Shown: positions 28,677-38,108 of the stretch, piece after piece | How the letters are laid out: each line of letters begins with the position of its first letter | How positions within the stretch are numbered: the first letter of the stretch is position 1 | Notes under the pieces: model-generated | Told to the model about the DNA's origin: nothing | What the model saw: only the letters and a program-made list of their open reading frames with translations | Databases searched by the model: none | Position numbers and translations under genes: made by a program | Assembly: GCA_020445765.1 (NCBI GenBank) | Contig: JAGRFY010000060.1 | Coordinates: 1,449 to 65,448, forward strand | Source of the DNA: Rhodocyclaceae bacterium | GTDB lineage: Bacteria; Pseudomonadota; Gammaproteobacteria; Burkholderiales; Rhodocyclaceae | DNA length: 64,000 nt | Direction of reading: 5' to 3'

Positions 28677-29494
28677 GCAAATCGAATCACCTGGATCCCG
28701 ATGATCGGGACGAAACCGTGGAGCGGGCCTTGTCGGAAGCGCTGACACCGATCCCCCTGGAACCCGCCCGCAGCGAGCCGCTGCGCGGGCGCCTGCTGGC
28801 CCGCGCGACCCGGGCACGCGCGGCCGGCGAGGGCTTCATCCGGGTGCCGCTGTCGCAGGCGGACTGGCAGCGCATGCTGCCCGGCGTTCGGGTCCATCGG
28901 CTCGATCCGGAGCAGCGGGCGGTGATGATCGAACTGGCCCCCGGCGCCTCGCTGCCGTTCCACCGTCATCATGAAGACGAGGAGTGCGTGGTTCTGCGCG
29001 GCGACGTCCGCCTGGGCGATATCGTCGTGCATCCGGGCGATTATCATCTGGCGCCGGCCGACAGCCGACATGGCCGCGTGACCAGCCATGAGGGCGCACT
29101 GTTCTACCTGCGGGGCACTCCGATCGGCCATCCCGCCGAAGCGCTTCGCGACCTCGTCACCGCGCTGGTGCCCGGCGACGGCGAGTTGCCGCGGACGATC
29201 CGAGCCGGCGACGACGACTGGCTGGCGCGTGGCGATGGCGTCGATGCCCGGACCTTGTATCGCGGCGCCGACGGCCGCTCGGAGATGCTGCGCATCGCAC
29301 CGGGCACGCGGCGCTCCGGCAGCCTGCCGGCGCTCGGTGACGAATGCCTGCTGGTGCAGGGCGATCTCGCCATCGACGATTGGGCGATGCAGGCCGGCGA
29401 CTACCAGCGCAGCGTCGCCGGCGGTGGCGGCCACAGCGAACTGGCCAGCCGCGACGGCGCGCTGCTGTTCGTGCGGACGGCGGGCTCGGGCTGA
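28673..29494 (+). CDS. ChrR-like anti-sigma factor with two cupin domains
   Basis: ATGA overlap with the sigma gene; PFHRHHEDEECVVL...GDY..APADSRH cupin; second degenerate cupin DECLLVQGD. Confidence 0.85.
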   Translation: MSKSNHLDPDDRDETVERALSEALTPIPLEPARSEPLRGRLLARATRARAAGEGFIRVPLSQADWQRMLPGVRVHRLDPEQRAVMIELAPGASLPFHRHHEDEECVVLRGDVRLGDIVVHPGDYHLAPADSRHGRVTSHEGALFYLRGTPIGHPAEALRDLVTALVPGDGELPRTIRAGDDDWLARGDGVDARTLYRGADGRSEMLRIAPGTRRSGSLPALGDECLLVQGDLAIDDWAMQAGDYQRSVAGGGGHSELASRDGALLFVRTAGSG

Positions 29495-29497
29495 GCG

Positions 29498-29726
29498 CCC
29501 CCGCCCGGCCGCCCGAAGGGGGCGCGCCCCTCCCCCGGGGAGGGTGTCGCGCAGCGACGGGTGGGTCGTCCTAGGCCCCCGCCCGGCCGCCCGAAGGGGG
29601 CGCGCCCCTCCCCCGGGGAGGGTGTCGCACAGCGGCGGGTGGGTCGTCGTGATCCCCCGCCCGGCCGCCCGAAGGGGGCGTTCCCCTCCCTGGGGGAGGG
29701 TGTCGCGCAGCGACAGATGGGTCGTC
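29498..29726. repeat. Three tandem 78-bp GC-rich REP-like repeats
   Basis: GCCCGGCCGCCCGAAGGGGGCG recurs at 29503, 29581 and 29659 between convergent genes. Confidence 0.9.
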
Positions 29727-29737
29727 GCAAGAGGCCG

Positions 29738-30598
29738 CTACCAGGCCATCTCGCCGGTGGCGACCTTGGCGCCGATGTCCAGCGCAATGCCGAGCCCGGC
29801 CTCGGGGTAGGCGCGTTGCATCGCCCCGATCAGCGTGCCGCTGTCCTTCGCCTGCCCGGCCTCGGCGTCGAAACGCAGCAGGTAGTCGCGGGTGAAGCCG
29901 ACGGCCGACAGGTCGGTGGCAGCGCCTGCCGCCATGTGGCCCGGCACCACGGTGGCCGGATGCAGTGCGGTGATCTCGTCGAGCTGGGCCAGCCAGGCCT
30001 GGCGCAGCGCCGCGCCGGGGGTGTCGGCTGTCCATACGTGCAGCCCGGAAAACACCGCGATGTTGCCGATCACCGCCTTGACCGACGGAATCCAGACGTA
30101 GGGGCGATGGGCCAGCGGGCCCTGCAGGCCGCGAATCTCGAGGACCTCGCCGCCGATGGCGAGCGTGCTGCCCGAGAGCGGCTGTGGCAGCACCATGCGG
30201 CGCGGTGCGTTGTCACCCATCTTGGGCCACCAGAAGTCGCGCTTGGCCTCGGCCTTGGTGCGCATCCGTTCAAGCACCGCGGGTGCCGCGACGATCGGCA
30301 CCTCCGGAAAGATCGCAGCCAGGGTCGCGGCACCGAAGTAGTAGTCGGGATCGGCCTGGCTGACGTAGATCGCCGTCAGCCGCTTGCCGCTGTCGAGAAC
30401 CCGGGCGGCGATGCGCAGGGCGTCGGCGCGGGTGAAGCCGGTATCGACCAGGATCGCTTCGGTCGGACCGCTGACGAGGACGGCATTGACATGGAAGCTG
30501 GCGGCATCGCCATTGATGACGGCGAGGTCGAGGGCTTGCCCGGCGTGGGCGGTGGTGATGGCGGCGGCGAGTGCTGCGCCGGCGATGGTGTGCTTCAT
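29738..30598 (-). CDS. Exported MBL-fold hydrolase with non-canonical metal motif
   Basis: Signal peptide; AILVDTGF; SQADPDYYFG in place of HxHxDH; VVPGH. Confidence 0.85.
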   Translation of the reverse strand: MKHTIAGAALAAAITTAHAGQALDLAVINGDAASFHVNAVLVSGPTEAILVDTGFTRADALRIAARVLDSGKRLTAIYVSQADPDYYFGAATLAAIFPEVPIVAAPAVLERMRTKAEAKRDFWWPKMGDNAPRRMVLPQPLSGSTLAIGGEVLEIRGLQGPLAHRPYVWIPSVKAVIGNIAVFSGLHVWTADTPGAALRQAWLAQLDEITALHPATVVPGHMAAGAATDLSAVGFTRDYLLRFDAEAGQAKDSGTLIGAMQRAYPEAGLGIALDIGAKVATGEMAW

Positions 30599-30721
30599 GG
30601 TCGGAATCCTCATGTCGGGTGGGCCTGGGCTTGCGGTGTGACAGGGATGACTTTATGTGCGAATGAATGTCGGATATACGGCTAATATGTGCCTTGTTTG
30701 TTGCACAAAACGGACGAATTG

Positions 30722-31612
30722 ATGGATCGACTGATGGCCATGCGGGTGTTTGCCGAGGTCGCCGAGCGGGGCAGCTTCAGCGCTGCGGCCGAACGCCTCG
30801 ACCTGTCGCGGGCCATGGTCACCCGCCATGTCGCCACGCTGGAGCAGTGGCTCGACGTGCGTCTGATGCACCGCACGACGCGGCGGCTGTCCTTGACCGA
30901 CGCTGGCGAGCAGTGTCTGCGCCGCTGCCGCCAGGTGCTCGAGCTGGCCGACGAACTCGAGGCCGATGTCGCGCAGCAGGCAGGCGACCTGCGTGGCGAG
31001 TTGCGCATCACGTGTGCAGCCTCCTTCGGTCAGGCGCACCTGGCGCCGGCCATTGCCGATTTCCTGGCCTCGCATCCGCGCCTGGCGGTGACCCTCGAGG
31101 TCGGTGACGCGGCGGTCGATCTGGTACGCGAGCGCATCGACCTGGCGATCCGGATCACCGCCGAGGCCGATCCCGGACTCGTCGCGCGGCGGCTCGCCCG
31201 CTGCCGTTCGCTGCTGGTGGCGGCGCCGGCCTACCTCGCCCGCCACGGCGTGCCGCGCCGGCCGGAAGATCTCGCCGGCCACCGCTGCCTCGGCCACGCG
31301 CGCTTCGGGCGCGGCCTGTGGCGGCTGTCGCGCAACGGTGACGTGCACGAAGTGCGTGTGCCGGTGCGCTTCGGCACCAACGAGACGATGATGATGACCA
31401 GCGCGGCCCGGGCCGGTGCCGGCATCGGTCTGCAGCCGCGCTACCTGGCCGAGCCGTTGCTTGCGGACGGCTCGCTGGTGGTGGTGCTGCCCGATTGGCA
31501 GCCGCCGGAGCTGACCATCCAGGCGCTCTATCCGTCGCGCCGACGATTGAGCCCGGCAGTGCGCGCACTGCTGGATTTCCTGGTGGCGCGATTTGCCGAT
31601 GAAGCCTGGTAG
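30722..31612 (+). CDS. LysR-family regulator (CrgA/DmlR-like)
   Basis: GSFSAAAERLDLSRAMVTRHVATLE HTH; RTTRRLSLTDAGE; divergent from the MBL gene. Confidence 0.95.
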   Translation: MDRLMAMRVFAEVAERGSFSAAAERLDLSRAMVTRHVATLEQWLDVRLMHRTTRRLSLTDAGEQCLRRCRQVLELADELEADVAQQAGDLRGELRITCAASFGQAHLAPAIADFLASHPRLAVTLEVGDAAVDLVRERIDLAIRITAEADPGLVARRLARCRSLLVAAPAYLARHGVPRRPEDLAGHRCLGHARFGRGLWRLSRNGDVHEVRVPVRFGTNETMMMTSAARAGAGIGLQPRYLAEPLLADGSLVVVLPDWQPPELTIQALYPSRRRLSPAVRALLDFLVARFADEAW

Positions 31613-31694
31613 CCGTCGCGGCGCCGACGGCACGATAGCCCAGGTCATGGCAAACTCAAACGCTTTGCGAGCCATTGACAAAGGAGTGGTGCGG

Positions 31695-32456
31695 ATGTCG
31701 GACCGCAGCGCCTGCGGCTGGGACCCTGTGCAATACCAGCGCAACGCGGGCTTCGTGCCCCAGCTCGGCGAGTCGCTGCTGCGCCTGCTGGCGCCGCGGG
31801 CCGGTGAACGCATCCTCGATCTCGGCTGCGGCGACGGCGCCTTGACGCGACATCTTGTCGACGCCGGCTGTACGGTGGTCGGGGTGGACGCCAGCGCCGA
31901 GATGATCGCGGCCGCGCGGGCGCGCGGCATCGACGCGCACGTGATGGACGGTCATGCGCTGCATTTCGAAGCGCCCTTCGACGCGGTGTTCTCGAACGCC
32001 GCGCTGCACTGGATGACCGAGCCGGATGCGGTGCTCGCCGGCGTCCATCGCGCGCTGGTGCCCGGCGGGCGCTTCGTCGGCGAGTTCGGCGGCCACGGCA
32101 ACGTCGGGCGCATCGTCGCGGCGCTGTCGCAGGCACTCGCCGACCGCGGTGCCGACACTGCCTGTCCGTGGTATTTCCCGCGACCACAGGCCTACCGCGC
32201 CCGGCTCGAGGCCGCCGGGCTGGTGGTCGACACCATCGAGTCGTTCGCACGGCCGACGCCGCTGCCGGGAGACGTCGGCGGCTGGCTGCAGACTTTCGGC
32301 AAGCCCTACCTGTCGCGCTTGCCGGCCGGTAGCCGCGAGGCCTGCGTCGCCGAGCTCGTCGAAACCCTGCGCAGCGACTTGTGCGACGAGGCTGGCCGCT
32401 GGCACGCCGACTACGTGCGCCTGCGCTTCGTCGCCCATCGGCCGGCCGGTGGCTGA
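31695..32456 (+). CDS. Class I SAM-dependent methyltransferase
   Basis: ILDLGCGDG, GVDAS and FDAVFSNAALHW motifs. Confidence 0.92.
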   Translation: MSDRSACGWDPVQYQRNAGFVPQLGESLLRLLAPRAGERILDLGCGDGALTRHLVDAGCTVVGVDASAEMIAAARARGIDAHVMDGHALHFEAPFDAVFSNAALHWMTEPDAVLAGVHRALVPGGRFVGEFGGHGNVGRIVAALSQALADRGADTACPWYFPRPQAYRARLEAAGLVVDTIESFARPTPLPGDVGGWLQTFGKPYLSRLPAGSREACVAELVETLRSDLCDEAGRWHADYVRLRFVAHRPAGG

Positions 32457-33201
32457 GGTCTCGCCGCTCGCGATCGTCGGGCTGGTGGTGGCGGCCTTCA
32501 GCGGCGGTTTCGTCAGTTCGATCGCCGGCGCCGGCGGCATGATCGTGCTGCCGTGCCTGCTTTGGGCCGGCCTGCCACCGGTACAGGCGCTGGCCACCAA
32601 CAAGTGCCAGAGCGTGTTCGGCACGCTGTCGTCGGCAGTCAACTACTTCCGGCGCGGTCAGTGGCAGTTCGCGCCCTTGCGGGCGACCCTGATGTGGGCG
32701 CTCGTCGGCGCGCTGGCCGGGACCTGGCTGGTGCAGCAGCTCGACGCGGTGGTGCTCGAAGCGCTGCTGCCGCCGATGCTGATCCTGCTCGCTGCCTACT
32801 TCGCCTTCTCGCCGCGAATTTCCGATGTCGACAGCCCGCCGCGGCTGTCGACCCGCCTGTTTGCGCCGCTGGTTGGCGGGGGCCTCGGCATCTACGGTGG
32901 CTTCTTCGGCCCGGGCATGGGCTCGATCTCGGCCGCCGCTTTCGCCGCGTTGCGCGGCTTCAACATGCGCCGTGCCACGGCCAGCACCAAACCGGTGGTG
33001 CTGATCACCAATTTCGCATCGATGTCCGTGTTCGTCCTCGGCGGCCACGTCGTCTGGTCACTGGTGGCGGCAATGGCCGTCGCCCAGATCATCGGCGCCC
33101 GCCTCGGCTCCGGCCTGGTCATCAATCGCGGCACCGCCCTGGTGCGGCCGGTGATCGTCGTGACGACGATGGCGATCGCGTTGCGACTGATGCTGCGCTG
33201 A
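32449..33201 (+). CDS. TSUP (TauE/SafE) family membrane transporter
   Basis: IAGAGG, ALATNK, YGGFFGPGMG and GARLGS motifs; overlaps the upstream gene. Confidence 0.9.
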   Translation: MAEVSPLAIVGLVVAAFSGGFVSSIAGAGGMIVLPCLLWAGLPPVQALATNKCQSVFGTLSSAVNYFRRGQWQFAPLRATLMWALVGALAGTWLVQQLDAVVLEALLPPMLILLAAYFAFSPRISDVDSPPRLSTRLFAPLVGGGLGIYGGFFGPGMGSISAAAFAALRGFNMRRATASTKPVVLITNFASMSVFVLGGHVVWSLVAAMAVAQIIGARLGSGLVINRGTALVRPVIVVTTMAIALRLMLR

Positions 33202-33477
33202 TCGGCAGCCGCCTGCCGTATCTGGCGTGGGGCTCCCGTGGTCGCTGCGCGTCGTGACGAGGTGCGACGACCGGATTCGCGGCACCGACCACCCGCTGTT
33301 TGCCACGCCTGATCGGTCCCGATGACAGCTGCATCGCGCGAATCAGGGCGACGGCGGTGATGACAAGGTAATCGAACCGCCTGCCGCCTCCGTCCGTCGC
33401 CTGCCCAATGGGCTTATCATGGCCGCGCTTCACGAAGTGACAAGAACGAAGCGAATTCAATCGGAAGGGAGAAAACA

Positions 33478-34044
33478 ATGTCGGAACAGAAACAGGGCAA
33501 TCCGGCCGTGGTCGGGCTTGCCGGCTTTGGTCTTACGACAATGGTATTGCAGTTTCACAATGTCGGATGGATGGGCATCGGGCCGGTCATCTGGCTCGGT
33601 CTGATCTTTGGTGGTCTGGCGCAGATGATTGCGGGTATTCAGGAGAAGAGTACCGGCAACAATTTCGGCTACTGCGCTTTCACGTCATATGGTTGTTTCT
33701 GGATCGCGCTGGCGCTGATGCTGATCGGAAACCACTTCAACCTCTACGTGTCCAGCAAGACCGACATCGGCTGGTTCCTGGTGGCTTGGACCATCTTCAC
33801 GGCAATCCTGTGGGTCGGCTCGATGCGCATCCATGCTGCCCTGGCGACCACCTTCACACTGTTGCTGATCGGCTTCGTGCTGCTGGACCTGGCCCATTTC
33901 GGCTTTCCGGAACTGACCGTGGTGGCGGGTTACGAGCTGATGGTCACGGCACTGGCGGCCTGGTACATCATGGCCCACCTGATTCTGGCCGACGTGTTCG
34001 GCCGCGACGTGCTGCCCGTCGGGGCTCCCTGGATCAAGGCCTGA
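33478..34044 (+). CDS. satP: Acetate/succinate uptake channel (GPR1/FUN34/YaaH)
   Basis: GNPAVVGLAGF signature; NNFGYCAFTSYG. Confidence 0.9.
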   Translation: MSEQKQGNPAVVGLAGFGLTTMVLQFHNVGWMGIGPVIWLGLIFGGLAQMIAGIQEKSTGNNFGYCAFTSYGCFWIALALMLIGNHFNLYVSSKTDIGWFLVAWTIFTAILWVGSMRIHAALATTFTLLLIGFVLLDLAHFGFPELTVVAGYELMVTALAAWYIMAHLILADVFGRDVLPVGAPWIKA

Positions 34045-34056
34045 GGGTCAGAGGAA

Positions 34057-34617
34057 ATGGACATGAATGCGAATCGTAAAGCGACGCGGCTGGTGCTGGT
34101 GGCATTGACGGCGGCACTGTCGAACCTTGCAGCAGTGGCCGATGACGGGGCAGCGACGCCGGAGGAGGTCGTGACCAAGGTCTGGGGCGCGGCCAAGTTC
34201 CTGCAGACAAAAGGGGTTTCAGGCATTTCTGCGCTCAACAACGCGGACGGCCCGTGGGTGTGGAAGGACAGCTACGTATTTGCCTTCGACTGCCGCCTGG
34301 ATCGTATGGTGGCGCATCCGATGCGCCCGGATCTGGTCGGTCGGCCGATCATGCAGATCACGGACAACGCCGGAAAGTTCGTCTTCAAGGAGCTGTGCAA
34401 GGCGGCGAGCGCGACGCACGGTGGCTGGGTGGAATACATGTGGACCCGGCCGGGCGCCGGTCAGGTCTCGCGGAAACTGACCTACGCGGTGACGGCCGAT
34501 CTCGCGTTCTCCGCAGGCATTCAGGTTGCCGCCGGGGTTTACGACGACAAGCTGACGGCGGCCGACCTGGACAAGCTGACGGCAAGGTTGGCGAATCCGG
34601 ACAAGTACGACCACTGA
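34057..34617 (+). CDS. Stand-alone exported single Cache domain protein
   Basis: Signal peptide; YVFAFD...VAHP...D..GKFVFKE...GWVEYMW pattern. Confidence 0.8.
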   Translation: MDMNANRKATRLVLVALTAALSNLAAVADDGAATPEEVVTKVWGAAKFLQTKGVSGISALNNADGPWVWKDSYVFAFDCRLDRMVAHPMRPDLVGRPIMQITDNAGKFVFKELCKAASATHGGWVEYMWTRPGAGQVSRKLTYAVTADLAFSAGIQVAAGVYDDKLTAADLDKLTARLANPDKYDH

Positions 34618-34719
34618 AATCCGTGCACTGCGGAGACCGGCAGGCCGTCCGGAGCCTGCCGCGAAGCGGATCGTCGGGGCGCGCTGGCGACGCGCCGGGG
34701 GCGCCCCGACGCCGGCGGA

Positions 34720-35811
34720 TCACGCTTGCCCGGTCGGCGATGTTCGACCCCCACCCCGCTCGTACCACAGCTTGCTGCGATTGACCGCGCGTACCACCAG
34801 CAGCATCACCGGGACCTCGATCAGTACGCCGACGACGGTGGCCAGCGCGGCGCCCGATTCGAAGCCGAACAGGCTGATCGCAGCGGCGACGGCCAGTTCG
34901 AAGAAGTTCGAGGCGCCGATCAGCGCCGATGGGCAGGCCACCGAGTGCTTTTCGCCGACCAGGCGGTTGAGGTAGTAGGCCAGCGACGAGTTGAACAGCA
35001 CCTGGATCAGGATCGGCACCGCCAGCAGGGCGATCACCAGCGGCTGGGCGAGGATCGCCTCGCCCTGGAAGGCGAACAGCAGCACCAGGGTGGCGAGCAG
35101 GGCGACGATCGACCAGTGGCCGGCGCTGGCCATCGCGGCGTCGAAGGCGGCCTGGCCTTTGGCCAGCAGGGCGCGCCGCCATAGTTGGGCGAGGATCACC
35201 GGGATCAGGATGTAGAGCACCACCGAGGTCAGCAGGGTCTCCCACGGCACGGTGATCGCCGAGATGCCGAGCAGCAGGCCGACCAACGGGGCGAAGGCGA
35301 ACACCATGATGGTGTCGTTGACCGCCACTTGCGACAGCGTGAACAGCGGGTCGCCGTTGGACAGCCGGCTCCAGACGAAGACCATCGCCGTGCACGGTGC
35401 CGCGGCCAGCAGGATCAGGCCGGCGATGTAGCTGTCGAGCTGATCGGCCGGCAGCCACGGCGCAAACAGGTGGCGGATGAACAGCCAGCCGAGCAGTGCC
35501 ATCGAAAACGGCTTGACCAGCCAATTCACGAACAGCGTGACGCCGATGCCGCGCACATGCTGGCGGATCTCGCCGAGGGCGCCGAAATCGACCTTGGCCA
35601 ACATCGGGATGATCATCACCCAGATCAGCGCACCGACCGGCAGATTGACCTGGGCGATCTCGAGGCGTCCGATGAACTGCACCGGCGCCGGCAGCCACTG
35701 GCCGAGGACGATGCCGGCGACGATGCACAGCGCCACCCAGATGGTCAGGTAGCGCTCGAACAGGCTCATCGGGGCCGGGGCACTCGCCGCGGCAGGAGTA
35801 CAGGCGGTCAT
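34720..35811 (-). CDS. acr3: Arsenite efflux transporter Acr3
   Basis: FERYLTIWV, AAAPCTAMVFVW, GASNFFELAVA and GVLIEVPVML motifs. Confidence 0.96.
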   Translation of the reverse strand: MTACTPAAASAPAPMSLFERYLTIWVALCIVAGIVLGQWLPAPVQFIGRLEIAQVNLPVGALIWVMIIPMLAKVDFGALGEIRQHVRGIGVTLFVNWLVKPFSMALLGWLFIRHLFAPWLPADQLDSYIAGLILLAAAPCTAMVFVWSRLSNGDPLFTLSQVAVNDTIMVFAFAPLVGLLLGISAITVPWETLLTSVVLYILIPVILAQLWRRALLAKGQAAFDAAMASAGHWSIVALLATLVLLFAFQGEAILAQPLVIALLAVPILIQVLFNSSLAYYLNRLVGEKHSVACPSALIGASNFFELAVAAAISLFGFESGAALATVVGVLIEVPVMLLVVRAVNRSKLWYERGGGRTSPTGQA

Positions 35812-35821
35812 TGCGGGGTTC

Positions 35822-36328
35822 TCAGGTGGTGCCGATGTGCTGCAGGGCGGCCTGCAGTGCCGGCGGCGTCAGATCGGCGAGCGGCAGCGCCAGCAGTTGC
35901 AACATGCGGTAGCCGATGGCCTGCCGCGTGAGTTCGAAGGCCCGACGGCGATCTCCTTCGCCGCCTTCGGCCGACGACGGATCGGGGTAGCCCCAGTGCG
36001 CGCGTGCGGGCCGGCCGCCGACGCCGTGGAACACCGGGCAGGTCTCGGCCGCGGCGTTGTCGCAGACCGTGATCACGGCGGCGAGGGGCGGCGCTTCGGG
36101 GCCGGCGAACGCGTCCCAGGACTTGCTGTGCAGGCTCGCGCAGTCGACGCCGGCGGCGCCGAGCACTTCGAGTGCCAGCGGATGGACACGGCCGGATGGC
36201 GCGCTGCCGGCGCTGTAGGCGCGGACGTCTTTGCCGAGCCGGCGCGCCCAGTGGGCGAGCATGCCCTCGGCCAGTACGCTGCGGGCCGAGTTGTGGGTGC
36301 ACAGGATCAGGATGCCGGTGGCCGTCAT
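35822..36328 (-). CDS. arsC: Arsenate reductase, LMW-PTP fold
   Basis: CTHNSARS P-loop; ITVCD..A.E.CP; HWGYPDP. Confidence 0.93.
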   Translation of the reverse strand: MTATGILILCTHNSARSVLAEGMLAHWARRLGKDVRAYSAGSAPSGRVHPLALEVLGAAGVDCASLHSKSWDAFAGPEAPPLAAVITVCDNAAAETCPVFHGVGGRPARAHWGYPDPSSAEGGEGDRRRAFELTRQAIGYRMLQLLALPLADLTPPALQAALQHIGTT

Positions 36329-36365
36329 GATCCGCTCCGCCGAGGCGCCGCGGCCGTCGCCGCGC

Positions 36366-36881
36366 TCAGCAGCAAGACGACTTGCCGCCCGGCTGGCGGC
36401 CGCCTGCGGCGACCGTCGCCGCCGGCGCGCAGCAGGCCGATTTCGGCGGCGCGGCCACGACCGTTGCCGCGGGGGCACAGCAGGCGGTGTCGGCGTCGGC
36501 CGGCGCGCTCGAGAACACCGGGATGTCGGCGAGCGTGTGGAAGTGTTCCCAGGCGAGGCCGTCGGGATCGACGATCCAGTGCTTTTCGCTGCGCGCATAG
36601 CAGCAGGTGGTCTCGCCCTCGTCGAGGCCGAGCGTGCCGGCCTCGCGCGCCGCCGCTTTCATCACGGCGAGTTCCTGCTCGGATTCGACCTGGAAACCGA
36701 GGTGGTCGACGCCGGGCGCACCGCCGCGGCACGAGATCGCGAAATTGATCCGCGGGTCGTCGAGCATCCATTTGGCGTAGTCGCCCTCGACCCGCGTCGG
36801 TGCGGCGCCGAGCAACTGCGAATAGAAGGCAATGCTTGAATCGAGGTCGGCGACCTTGAGGTGTACGTGGAAACGCTTCAT
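36366..36881 (-). CDS. arsI: ArsI/CadI-family VOC protein with Cys-rich tail
   Basis: RFHVHL.V.DL, DHLGFQV, TTCCYARSEKHW..DPDG..WE motifs. Confidence 0.82.
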   Translation of the reverse strand: MKRFHVHLKVADLDSSIAFYSQLLGAAPTRVEGDYAKWMLDDPRINFAISCRGGAPGVDHLGFQVESEQELAVMKAAAREAGTLGLDEGETTCCYARSEKHWIVDPDGLAWEHFHTLADIPVFSSAPADADTACCAPAATVVAAPPKSACCAPAATVAAGGRQPGGKSSCC

Positions 36882-36891
36882 CGGAACTCCT

Positions 36892-37215
36892 TCAGCACTG
36901 GCAGGCGAGCGTGGCCGGTTGGTCGCAGGCCTCGCCTTGGCAGCAGTTGTCGGTGAGGTAGGCCAGCAGCGCGCCCATTTGCGCGTAATCGGCCCGGTAG
37001 ATCAGGTTGCGCCCCTGGCGTTGCTGGCCGATCAGGCCGGCGTTGAGCAACTCCTTGAGGTGGAAGGACAGCGTCGCAGCCGGCAGCGCAAGCGTGTCGG
37101 CGATCGTGCCCGGCGTCGCGCCGGCGCCGCCGGCAACCACCAGCAACCGGAAGATTCGCAGGCGGTTGGCGTGGGCGAGGGCGGACATGGCCTTGATGAC
37201 GGCATCTTCTTCCAT
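36892..37215 (-). CDS. arsR: ArsR-family repressor
   Basis: ALAH..RL.IFRLL, TLSFHLKEL HTH and C-terminal DNCCQG As-binding motif. Confidence 0.93.
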   Translation of the reverse strand: MEEDAVIKAMSALAHANRLRIFRLLVVAGGAGATPGTIADTLALPAATLSFHLKELLNAGLIGQQRQGRNLIYRADYAQMGALLAYLTDNCCQGEACDQPATLACQC

Positions 37216-37336
37216 ATTTCGAATATTATGGAATTAATGGCTACTGTCAAGCTGCTGGGACTTGCCCACGTTTCGGGTACGTCTCGATGCGCGACTGCGT
37301 CCATCGTGCCTGAGCGCGACCCTGACGGGCGGAAGC

Positions 37337-38065
37337 TCAGTCGCCCAGTTCGCGAAGTCCGGCGACGTCCGTCAGCGTGATCTCGCTGCCGTGCACGTTG
37401 ATCAGGCCGCGTTCGGTGAGATCGTGGAAGATCCGCGACAGGGTCTCCGGAACCAGATTGAGGCGGGACGCCAGCACGTGCTTGCTGACCGGCAGCGTCA
37501 CCGTGATCGGGTCCGCCGGCGGTCGGGTGCACGGCAGGGAGGCGCCCGGGCTGTGCGTGTCGCCGAGCGACATCAGATACGAGACCACCCGTTGGGCACC
37601 GCTGTTGAGCGAATAGGCCTCGACGTCGCGCACCATGCCGTGCAGCCGGATCGCCATGCCGGCGAGCAGGGAACGGGCGAAGTGGGGGTCTTCCTCGATC
37701 AACGTGAATACCACGCCACGGTCGATCAGCAGCAACTGGCTGTCGGCCAGCGCCTCGGCGAACACCGGATAGTTGCGATTCATGAACAGGACGGCCTCGC
37801 CGAAGCTCTGGCTCGGACCCAATACCTCGACCACCTTCTCGTTGCCCTGGCGCGACGCGAACGCGAGCTTTATCTGGCCGCGGATGACGTAGTAGAAGCC
37901 CTTCGGCGGGTCTCCCTGCTGGAACAGGATCTCGCCGCGGGCGAGGTCGCGTTCATGGGTGGCGCCGACCAGCATGCGAAGCTGTTCGTCGGTGATTTCG
38001 GTGAACAGTGGCAGGCGGCGCAATGCCTGCGCGATGTCGATATGTGGGACGGCGGCGTGGCTCAT
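37337..38065 (-). CDS. dnr: Crp/Fnr-family regulator, DNR type
   Basis: FGEAVLF cNMP-fold; HTH ETLSR; no N-terminal Fe-S Cys cluster; located next to the nir genes. Confidence 0.8.
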   Translation of the reverse strand: MSHAAVPHIDIAQALRRLPLFTEITDEQLRMLVGATHERDLARGEILFQQGDPPKGFYYVIRGQIKLAFASRQGNEKVVEVLGPSQSFGEAVLFMNRNYPVFAEALADSQLLLIDRGVVFTLIEEDPHFARSLLAGMAIRLHGMVRDVEAYSLNSGAQRVVSYLMSLGDTHSPGASLPCTRPPADPITVTLPVSKHVLASRLNLVPETLSRIFHDLTERGLINVHGSEITLTDVAGLRELGD

Positions 38066-38108
38066 GACGGTTCTCCGGTGCTGCGGCCCGACCCACGGCT
38101 GCGGTGGC

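Noticed and set aside
29498-29726. Possible CRISPR array
   Set aside because: The unit is 78 bp and almost entirely conserved, with only about 10 variable bases. There are no unique 30-40 bp spacers and no cas genes.
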